Shown piece after piece: positions 22,050-31,724 of a stretch of 31,724 nt of DNA (position 1 is its first letter; each line of letters opens with the position of its first letter). Made by a program: the position numbers and the translations under genes. The stretch spans positions 1 to 31,724 of the forward strand of contig NW_021832153.1 in NCBI RefSeq assembly GCF_006345805.1, written 5' to 3'. The notes under the pieces are model-generated. The model saw nothing but the letters and a program-made list of their open reading frames with translations. It had not been told where the DNA came from and searched no databases. Source of the stretch: Octopus sinensis (lineage: Eukaryota).

Positions 22050-24265
22050 GTTTTCCCCTCAGTGATGTCTTGCAAACAACTTATACATGCAAGTGCTACC
22101 AGTCGAGAATTCCGCTACCGGAAGCCAGCAACTATATTGGATCATCAGGAGAGAATGCCTACCTCTCGACGCATCAATGCGTGCCGGCCCGCCTTACTAA
22201 TATGAAGCCACGCTTGCTAGATCAACTGGCTATTAGATATAGCTTAATATTTCTCTAGCCATCGCTCATCGTCTCTTTTTTAAAAAATCCAGTGGATAGT
22301 CTTGGCCACTAATTTGGATATTGGCCATGGTGGTATTGACTTAACGATGAGCTAGGCCTAACGATAACCCTCTACATCCGTCTTCCATTGGAAAATGCTC
22401 CGCTTTCCAGCCCGCGTCTTCACATTCCTCGAGGAGGTTTACATAACGGTCAATCTTTCGAGCCCGAGCGGCGTCCATGTTATCTTCATGAGGAACCGTT
22501 AACTCGACTAGATTTACAACTTTCTTTCCTTCACACCACATTAAAATGTCCGGCGTTTTTGTAACTGGGATGGGAAAGAATCCCTGGCACCCTGGTAAAT
22601 CTGCAGTCATCTCCCAATAGCCGTTCCGCTTTTCATCTACCACAGGATGTTTCTTGTTCTTCATGAAACGGATCCACTGACCTGAGCGCACGAAGGTAAT
22701 GAAATCTCTAGTTGGTACTTTCAACGGTTTTTGCTCAGTGTTGAGATGAATTTGGTTCTTTATAGCATTGAAGATAACCTTAAGGACCAGGTTGTGTCTC
22801 CATGTATACCTGTTCAATGCTAATGAACAGTTGGAAAGAATATGTTTCAGCGTTCCGACCATTCCGCATTTGCATATGTCATTCTCTGAGACGTTCCATC
22901 TTACTAGATTCGTAGGTGATGGCAAAACATCATAGGATGAACGAATAAGAAAACTTAGCCGAAATGTCGTCCACTTCCATATCTCATCCCAACTTATTTT
23001 CCTCTCAACAACATGATCTTCCCATCTCGTCATCTGTCCTTGTTGAATACATCGGATAAATGAAGCTCTCTTCTCTCTGCTCCTCTCGTTTTGACGCTGT
23101 TGCTAACAACAGATCTGCTTTCCCTCCGCATCATACTCGCAAAAGGTCTGAACAGATCTGCGCCAAAACCAAGTCCTTTCCAATGGTTTTGCGTTGCACC
23201 CACTATATCTCTGTGTACAAGAGAAGACAAGATGTCATCAGTCTCTACTTTTGCTTTCCACTTCGTGGCTGGTTTCACCTCTGGTGGGTTACACCTGATT
23301 TCCATGTCCTTCGATTCTCTCAGCATCATCACCGTCCGTATCTTCTCCAGTTTATATATTTCGACTATTGACTCTAGTGATAACTGCAACGAACCTCTTT
23401 TACGATAAAGAGCTGAACTGTTCAACATCCGAGGTTGGCCTAGCCACTTTCTAATGAACACATTACATCTTTGTTCAATGATCTGAACTCGTTAAAGGCT
23501 ACCTCATATATTAAAAGAGGCCACGAAAGTCGCGGGTACAAGTCGAACTGCAAGCACCAAATTTTATAGTTACTTAGCAACTTCGAGTTATCAATCGCTG
23601 ATAATCCAGCCTCGGTTTGTTTCATAATTTCCATCCCGCGACTTCTGTCTGACAATGTTCCAGCGTATACTCGCCCCAAGCTCTTGACGGGTTCTTCTTT
23701 GACTATAGGAATGCTTTCTTCAGCTATTCGAAACCTAAATTCTCTCTGCACTCCCTCAACAAATGACAGACTACATGACTTTTTTGCTCTAAACCGCATT
23801 CTTGACCACCTCACAAGTTCGTCTAGTCTCAAGTGTTACCTCATCCATGAAGGCTTTCTTAGGCGATTGTACATGGGCGATTTGTTCCGAAAAATTCACA
23901 GCTTTCGAAATCATCTCCATGACTAAGATAAACTACGTGACAGATATTGTACAGCCCCCAGCAATGCCAATTTCCAATCGGTGCCAATCTGTTGTAAAAT
24001 TTCCAGCTGTAAACCTCATTTCGAAACTGTCATAGTTACATCCTCATTATTTTGATCACTTTGTCGGGAATGTGGAAGTGATCAGTAATTCGTGTGGCAC
24101 TGAACCCTATACGTTAGCTAGGTCAAGCCATACCACGTTCAGACTTCTCTTGTTCTGTTTCGCATCCTGGATCGCTTTTCAAATCGAAAAACGGTGTTCA
24201 GCGCATTCAGAGATCCCAAAGATTCCGGCCTTTTGAACAGATTCATCAACATATCCGTTTTAGCC
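22050..24265 (-). mobile_element. 5'-truncated HERO-like (RLE-type) non-LTR retrotransposon, decayed RT + zinc knuckle + restriction-like endonuclease
   Basis: RT: AIQDAKQNKRSLNVVWLDLANV*GSVPH, DWHRLEIGIAGGCTIS, AFMDEV. Knuckle: CKCGMVGTLKHILSNC. RYTWRHNLVL is present. RLE: PDILMW...VNLVELTVPHE...RKIDRY...GW...MEDGCRG. The last codons are KRDDERWLEKY* (stop about 22244). It is fragmented by frameshifts and stops. Confidence 0.88.
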
Positions 24266-24397
24266 TGAAGACTCTCAGCAGATAAGAAAAATCCAATAAT
24301 ACTTGTAACCCTTTCCTTCTCTCTCCTGCTGTTCCTCCTTTCCTCTTTTCAGGGAATCCTTATTTTCAGCTTTATAATTACCCCAATACAGATGATA

Positions 24398-24975
24398 ATG
24401 AGCTGATAGAATCGTTTTAGGGCTTGGAACAGTGCCGTAGGGTAATTGTTTCGGCTCTTTGTCTTCTGGGTTCAAATCCCACAGAGGTCCGCTTGGACAT
24501 TTGTTGTTTCTGGGTCGATAAAATAAAACACGAAACAATATTAACTATTCCCACCCTTCAAAATTGCTGGCCTCGTGCCTAAATTAGAAACTATTGAAAA
24601 CGGCAAGCGGACAGAATCGTTAGAACCCTGGAAAAGTGCTAGTGATCTTTCTTTCGAAGCTTTACGAGTTCTGATCAATAAGTATCCGGATTGTTGCTAT
24701 AGTAACGAAACTAAAGCATGCAGAGTAAAGCCGCTTGGCAAAAATTGACCATGACAAGCTGTAAGACGGCAATATGGTAGAATTGTTAGCACGCCGGGCA
24801 AAATGCATTAGCGGCATTTTGTCCGTGTTTAATTTCTTGAGCACAAATTCCGCGGAGCGCGGCTTTGCTTTTCATCCTTTCTAGGTTAATAAATTAAGTA
24901 CCAGTTGAATACTGGTTAGGATGCAATCGATTTATCACTTCCGCCGAACCTGCTTGCCCTGTTACAGCTTTTGAA
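24398..24975 (+). mobile_element. Cluster of diverged SINE family A copies and fragments
   Basis: Heads AGAATCGTT/AGAATTGTTAG recur at about 24.41, 24.61 and 24.78 kb, with core and tail motifs. Confidence 0.7.
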
Positions 24976-25150
24976 GCTTAGCTACATGGTGCGGCAGAAA
25001 GGTTGCCCTAATTTCAAAGGTTAATAAAAAAAAACACATAAAAATGCATGAAAAAGCTTTATTTTGTATTTCAAAACCACTTGAATCACAATGGCATTTA
25101 ATGTACTTCATAGAAATACAAATTCTTTTCATGTATCTTCATATGTTTGT

Positions 25151-25355
25151 CTTTCTTTCCTTCACACCACATCAAAATGTCCGGCGTTTTTGTAACTGGG
25201 ATGGGAAAGAATCCCTGGCACCCTGGTAAATCTGCAGTCACCTTTCAATAGCCGTTCCACTTTTCATCTCCCACAGGATGTTTCTTGTTCTTCTTGAAAC
25301 GGATCCACTGACCTGAGCGCACGAAGGTAATGAAATCTCTAGTTGGTACTTTCAA
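25151..25355 (-). mobile_element. 205-bp internal fragment of the HERO-like element
   Basis: Matches 22520-22724 with 7 substitutions counted by eye and no indels. Confidence 0.92.
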
Positions 25356-25464
25356 TTAATCCTTGAAATCGGGGAAACCTTTCTTTTACACCATGTATAT
25401 GGCAGAATTACAGTTTTAAATTCAGAATACAAAGACGAGAATTTCAAAATAAGCTTCTTACCTT

Positions 25465-25738
25465 TCTTTTACTACTTGTTTCCTTCAATCGACTGCGGCC
25501 ATGTTGGGAACGGTCTTGAAGAATTTTTGATCGAACAAATCGACCCCACTATTTAAGTTTTAATTATTACATAATTTATCATCAGTTTTGCCGCACCCGT
25601 AATTCACTGGGACGTATACAAACTGTTATTGGTCAGTCTAAGACGATTGTAAAAAACATTTACCCAAGGTACCATGCAGTAAGAATGAACCCGGAACCAT
25701 GTGGTTGGGAAGTGAGCTTCTCACCACACAGCCACACC
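25465..25738 (-). mobile_element. SINE family B, diverged
   Basis: Head GTGTGGCTGTGTGGTGAGAAGCTC...GGTTCCGGGTTCATTC with body remnants. Confidence 0.75.
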
Positions 25739-25767
25739 ACTACGTAAGCGAATAAAGCTTGAGGTCT

Positions 25768-25769
<2 letters not shown>

Positions 25770-25822
<53 letters not shown>

Positions 25823-25828
25823 TATATG

Positions 25829-25900
<72 letters not shown>

Positions 25901-26045
25901 AATATCTATATCTATCTATCTATATTATATATAACATTAATAGAAGAAGAAGAAGAAGAAGAAAGAAAAGAAGAAAGAAAAGAAAAGAAGAAGAAGAAGA
26001 AGAGAAGAAGAAGAAGAAGAGAAGAAGAAGAAGAAGAAGAAGAAG

Positions 26046-26078
<33 letters not shown>

Positions 26079-26405
26079 AATGAAATAAAAAAGCAAGACT
26101 GACTGAAAATGCTTAAATTTTTTTTAATAAATTAAAATCGCCTTGTACATACGTACACACATACATACATACATATAGAGAGATAGAGACAGGGAAGGAG
26201 AAAAACAAAGAAAGAGAGAGATGGAGAGATAGAAAGATGCATACATACAGACACACAAACACACGCACATATGTATATATAGAGATAGGCACACAGAGAG
26301 AAACAGACAGACAGATAGACAGGGATAGATACAAACGTACATACATACATACATACATAAATACATACATACATACATACATACATACATACATACATAC
26401 ATACA

Positions 26406-26435
<30 letters not shown>
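25770..26435. repeat. Compound microsatellites (TA)n, (TG)n, (AAG)n, (ATAC)n
   Basis: Directly visible. Confidence 0.95.
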
Positions 26436-26440
<5 letters not shown>

Positions 26441-26787
26441 GAGCGCGTGTGTGAAGACACAGATACATAGATAATTATGGATATTTACATGTACATGTGG
26501 AACACAAGTATAGAACGCAGTCGTATATCTACACATAGGCGCGTCTACCCCGTGTCCCTACACACACACCTGTAATATTCACTGATGCGTATAGGCAAGT
26601 TCGAGAAACAGCGCTATACACTGCTGCTTGGGGGATTTGTATGAAAATATAAAGAAATAACTGAAATTAACTGTTCTAAAAATAAGTTATTTTCTAGAAA
26701 TAAAATTACTAGAGTTGAACACAGGCGCGAGCACACAGGCGCGCGCACACACACACACATACACACGCACACATACACATACACACA

Positions 26788-26861
<74 letters not shown>

Positions 26862-28209
26862 AAAAGTCATGAGACTTACAACAGCGTGGTTGATTGAAGT
26901 GATCCATCTAAAACAAGTAACGTCATACATGACGGAGCTACCAAGAAAATATAACAGAAATTACAAGAATGAAAAAGCAAAATAACAAACGTAAGAAATT
27001 TAAGGAACTGTAGAATTTCAGAGAGAATTCTAGAGAGAATAGAACATTCTTTACTAAGAAGAACAAAAAGTTTAATGAAAAAATTTGGAAGAGGCAGCAT
27101 TTTAACTGATCTTAAAACATTCGGTCCTGTAGGTTAAAGAGCCACTATATTTCATAAGGGCAGTTTAAAAAAGCTATTATGTGGTTATAGATTCAAAGAC
27201 AAGAATCATGATTCGTCAGAAATTCCGATTTTTTCTTCACGGCATATCCAATAATTTCCATTTTAAACAACGGACATCTTGCTGAAATACCTTAACAGAT
27301 TCGCTTGTACAGATTTATTGTGTAGATCAATGTATTTTGATGGTAGTTCAGCTGGATTTCTTCAAATACGCGAAAAGCCTATTCATAGAATACCTTTTAT
27401 CTAGATAGTTAAAAGAGTTGCTATACACGTAGCATCTTATTTTAAACGTTAACCCAATGTATGTTGTGCAAATCAATACTCGCTGCTGTGTCCCTATTCT
27501 CCGGCCAATCGATTACCAAGAAAAAAGGAGTTGTTGGAAACTAAACAATTACTGGTACAAAACTGAACATTATTATTGATATTAAAGTACCTTTTACTAT
27601 TAAATTGAGTAAGAGAAACTCCAAACTTTTTACAGCGTGATGATCTAACTTTCAATCTGCTTCTGTCGACAATCCTATGATGTCTATATCGAAATTCTTC
27701 TGAGATCTTTTACTTATTTATTATTTGTTTTTTAATCCTCTTAATTCTCGATTCTGCAAAACTCCTTCTAGCTTTAAGTCTCGTATCAGCTGTTTCTTTT
27801 GTATTGTTTGGACACGATATAATAATTCTCTGTTCTTCTTTACTAACATTACGTCTGTTAAATAATTCTAAAGTATTTCAGCGTATTTTCAATAACTTTT
27901 CGTATTTCTATACAAGACACCCCTACGGCTGTGTCTGTCTCCTCTTACTCGAAGTTGTATACATTTCTTTATCTATTTATTTTTGCTTTGTTTTCTTCGC
28001 ATATTTTCGGACTTGGGAATTTTTGCCAATGAATATATGAGTGCGTGTGTGGATGGGTGGTTGTGTATGTGTGTATGTGCACACATGAGTGTATATATAT
28101 ATATATGTTGTGGTGTGTGTGTGTTTGTGTGTTGCAAATTTACGTGAATATGGTACATTTGCTGTATTTTTTAATACATTTATAACTATGTGAGGAGATG
28201 CAGAAACAT

Positions 28210-28215
28210 GTGCTT

Positions 28216-28271
<56 letters not shown>

Positions 28272-28407
28272 ATATATATATATATACATGTACACTAATA
28301 CATATAAATTATCTATATATATTCATTTATTTGTATGTGTGTGTGTATAAATATATATATACACACATACAAATATAATATCTATATATGTATATATATA
28401 CATAAAA

Positions 28408-28441
<34 letters not shown>

Positions 28442-28454
28442 ATATATATATATA

Positions 28455-28524
<70 letters not shown>

Positions 28525-28590
28525 CACAATATATATGTATATATATATATATGTATATAAATACACATACAAATATATATATACACTCAT
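28210..28590. repeat. (CT)n, (ATCT)n and (TA)n microsatellites
   Basis: Directly visible. Confidence 0.95.
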
Positions 28591-28631
28591 AGGAAATAAT
28601 ACATGTTAATAGTTTGTACTTTTTACTATGA

Positions 28632-28670
28632 GTTTAGATATTTCCGGTTTAGGACCCTTCTTCGAGAAAC
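28632..28670 (-). ncRNA. Strongly degenerate minimal hammerhead motif
   Basis: Minus strand: GTTTC TCGAAGA A GGGT CCTAA ACCG GAAA T AT C TAAAC. The core starts TC instead of CT, the first pair of helix II is lost, and helix III is the palindrome ATAT. Confidence 0.5.
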
Positions 28671-28810
28671 ATTCAGGGAAATGGTGTTGTGAACTGATTT
28701 CTCTGTTCTGTAGTGGGCGTATGTGTCAGTAAGTATGTGAATGAATTGTTGTTTTATTCTGCTGTAGTCAGCGTGTTAGAACATTCTTCGTGAAAACTAT
28801 ACTATTCTAA

Positions 28811-28849
<39 letters not shown>

Positions 28850-28992
28850 ACACACACACACACATAGATATACAGGTACGATAACGCGAAAAGGAAATTA
28901 GAACTCAAAATATGAGTATATATATACATATATGTGTGTGTGTATATTATTTTGCAGAAGTAACAGAGTGACTCAAGGTCACTTTTCAGTAG

Positions 28993-29037
<45 letters not shown>

Positions 29038-29584
29038 TGTGTGTGGGGGGTATGTGTGTATGTATGTATATATACACATCCTTTTCCTCTCTTTCTCTCT
29101 CTCTCTCTCTCTCACTCTCGCTCACTTCCTCCTCTTCCCTCTCTCTGCTCGCTATAACTTTTCTGCTTCATTTTACTGACACGTTACCTGTGGCCATCCT
29201 TCTTTCTTAACTTCTTCTTTTTCCTTTTCATGCTGACCGCTGAAGCAACCGGTCGTAATTTCTCTAGCCTCTACTTCAACCTGTTTCGCTGTCTGTTGTC
29301 CTATTTCCAATTCTTTAAGATTTCCCTTTTAGCGTTTCCCATACATTCGGCTTCGTCTAGCCCTGCGGCTATATTCGACCTGTTTATTTATTTCGTTTAT
29401 ATCTCTCGTCCGCCCACTAGCAGTCTCGTCTTAAATTACATTAATTCAATTTCGTATGTTCATTTCTGCATTGCTTGTTTATCCATTTATTGTTTGTCCG
29501 TTCTTGTTCTCTTATGTTTTGGTTCCATTTCCCGGCAGCTTCTTGTCAGTCGTCACTAGAAGGGATTCAATATTATCGGTAAAG

Positions 29585-29629
29585 GCACGAAATTGCATTT
29601 GACCCTTTGGCCGGTAACTGATGAAGTGC
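29585..29629 (+). ncRNA. Candidate circularly permuted (type II) hammerhead
   Basis: GCAC GAAA T TGC A T T TGACC CTTTGGCC GGTAA CTGATGA A GTGC. The core is intact, helix II is GCAC/GTGC, helix I has 4 of 5 pairs, and helix III is 2 bp. Confidence 0.45.
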
Positions 29630-29849
29630 TGGGGACCTTTTGTGCCTGTTTTCCGGTTTACCGTTCGTTTGTTCATTTCCATACCTTTTTAAACTTGTGT
29701 GTGTGTGCGTGTGTGTATGTGTGTGTGTGTGTGTGTACATTGCGCGAGTAGTATTTGAGGACACATTTAAGTATATTAGTCTCTTCAAACCAATTAAAAG
29801 ATTTTTATTTCTTTCAGATCTCCCATAGTAGATAAAATTCTAACAGAAG

Positions 29850-30729
29850 AAATAAAGAAGACATGCCGTCATAGATGCCACATGTGCAGAACACAATGGG
29901 GAAGAAACTGCCACCTTTCTAAATGTCGCAAGATTTTTGTACACAAAGTTTGGACAAAACAGGAAGCCTCTGGTAGGAAGGTTTCAATACCCTCAAAGAG
30001 AGAAGAAAAAAAGCATTCTTAGAGTTCGGAGCCATTAGGACACTGTAATTTATTCAATGGGTTGAAAACATTGAAGATGATCCTGGAAAAATCAATGAGG
30101 ACCATCTACAAAGAAGTTCAGCAGTTCTTGTGACCTATCAGATCTGTGATGCACGAAGACACTGGATACAAGTCACTGGATACATTAGATACAAGAGTCC
30201 AATTCATGTTCTGCAAAGATAAAGAAAACCCTTTGATCCATGTGAAACGGTTAATTAACACGATTAATTTACACTCTTGAACATGAAATGCTTTGGTTCT
30301 TCTCTGATGAGAAAAACTTCTACCGAAACCAAAATTTCTAACGGGAGAAATGATAACTGTTTATGTGCGTATCCTGATGTCCCAAAGTTATGCTCACTAT
30401 GCTTCCAGCTACTAACGTTGTGTCATGCTACTTCACATCTTTCTACGGGGTCTTAGAATTAATTTCATTGAAATGTTTTGAGGTGCTAGGGACTATTTTT
30501 TAAGCCCTGGATGAAGTACACAATGGAAGGCCATACCTGTCTCACCAACACCCGACAATTTCTCACAAAGAACCCAGACATATTTTTTTATCATGTAACA
30601 CCAAACTCATGGGCTCCAAACTCACCAGATTTAAATCTAATGGATTATCGCGTCTCAATGGTTGTTGAAAGGGAGACAAATCGACATCCTCACAATATCA
30701 TTTCTTCCCTGCTGACCGCCATTGTCTGA
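29850..30729 (+). pseudogene. Near full-length decayed maT-like Tc1/mariner transposase
   Basis: Across frames: RHAVI...TFLNVAR, DDPGK, DEKN, KPWM...GRPY, WAPNSPDLNLMDY, VERETNRHPHN. Confidence 0.8.
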
Positions 30730-30801
30730 GAGATGTCCATCAATGAGGACATCTCCCAAACAAGAATCATTTTAGTGCAGTCATGTCATAGAATAATTGT
30801 A

Positions 30802-31027
30802 CTGGGTTGTCCGGAAAGTTCGTGCCGATTTTTGAAGGAAAGAAAGAGGTCAATAAATACTTGCCATTACATTTTTAATCACCAAATATGAACCATTTTG
30901 TTGGCACAATGCGTTTCCATCTTTCCTTTATCTTGAAAATACCTTCTTCCTAGGATTGAGGTGCCTGGGAGGGCAAGTCGAAAGGTAAGCTACTATAAAA
31001 TCGGCACGAACTTTCCGGACAACCCAA
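30802..31027 (-). mobile_element. Mariner-derived MITE with 31-bp TIRs and TA target duplication
   Basis: TIRs at 30802-30832 and 30997-31027 match at 30 of 31 positions, with TA at 30800-30801 and 31028-31029. The interior keeps the mariner C-terminal EGIFKIKERWKRIV on the minus strand. Confidence 0.92.
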
Positions 31028-31244
31028 TATAAGAAAGCTTATTGAAAACGTGTACTAATTATTTTTTATTAAAATACATTTGTCTTTTGCTAGATTATAT
31101 TTAATTTATTAAGTTACCAGTTATGTCATCAAATACCTCTTCCAAACTCTCTTTCTCTCTCTCTGTATGAATGTATGTATTGGTGGTTTTTACAAGAAAA
31201 GGTTGACAGTGTATTCAAAGTTATGGCTTGTTAGCCGCCATTAT

Positions 31245-31288
31245 ACAATCTGCTGACGACCAGTGAGTCGAAACTTCAAAGTCGCTGT
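31245..31288 (+). ncRNA. Degenerate type I hammerhead motif (A6C)
   Basis: ACAAT CTGCTGA C GAC CAGTGA GTC GAAA CT TCAA AG T C GCTGT. Helix III has 3 bp with a GUC triplet, helix II is GAC/GTC, and helix I has 4 of 5 pairs. Confidence 0.65.
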
Positions 31289-31339
31289 CAATGTTTTCCA
31301 CATAAAAACGTAATAAAAATTATTGTGTGGTAATAAAGC

Positions 31340-31600
31340 TTGTTTCCCAATTTGGTTCAGACTCAACGCGTAGCACCTTGGGCAAGTGTCTTCTACAATA
31401 GTCCTATGTGGGTGCATGTGTGCTTGTGTGTGTGTATCTATGTGTATGTCTTTGCGACTGTATTTATCCCCCACCGCTGCTTGACAACCGGTAAGAGATC
31501 GATAAAATAAGTAGAGTACTAAAATTCGACTAAAATTCTTCAAAGCCGTGCCCCCAGCATGGCAGCAGTCTAATGTATGAAACAAGTAAAAGAATAAAAT
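31340..31600 (+). mobile_element. SINE family B, 5'-eroded
   Basis: GCACCTTGGGCAAGTGTCTTCTAC...GCTTGACAACCG...CCCCAGCATGGCAGCAGTC...GAAACAAGTAAAAGAATAAAAT. Confidence 0.85.
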
Positions 31601-31724
31601 AATACACACACATACATACATACATACATACATACATACATACATACATACATACATACATACATAGTTAACATAAAGCTGAAGGTTAGTGAAAAAGAGA
31701 ATACCTACGCTGAAATATTGAAAA

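Noticed and set aside
26876-27560. Hydrophobic 74-aa ORF and neighbouring unique-looking sequence
   Set aside because: No recognisable family; the hydrophobicity is explained by T-rich strand bias, and stops interrupt the extended frames.

Overview
AT-rich eukaryotic non-coding DNA, made up almost entirely of microsatellites and decayed mobile elements. No host protein-coding gene can be supported, and nearly all ORFs in the supplied track are translated simple repeats or transposon debris. The two abundant tRNA-derived SINE families match, from memory, those of octopus genomes, so a coleoid cephalopod origin is likely (inference, not a search result). Recognisable elements are a Merlin/IS1595-type transposase fragment, three decayed maT-like Tc1/mariner transposases, a mariner MITE, a 5'-truncated HERO-like RLE non-LTR retrotransposon (22050-24265), a Dong/R4-like 3' stub in (AAT)n, and an unclassified ~550-bp element present three times and always inserted in (AAT)n. 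The most striking signal is absent from the ORF track: at least nine hammerhead-ribozyme-like motifs in eight unrelated flanking contexts, mostly 50-260 nt upstream of a microsatellite on the same strand. One sits inside a 477-bp unit arranged as a partial tandem plus inverted copy, which is the architecture of Penelope-like pseudo-LTRs and retrozymes. All folds were assigned by eye and no activity is demonstrated. All coordinates were counted by hand, and element boundaries may be off by a few bases.
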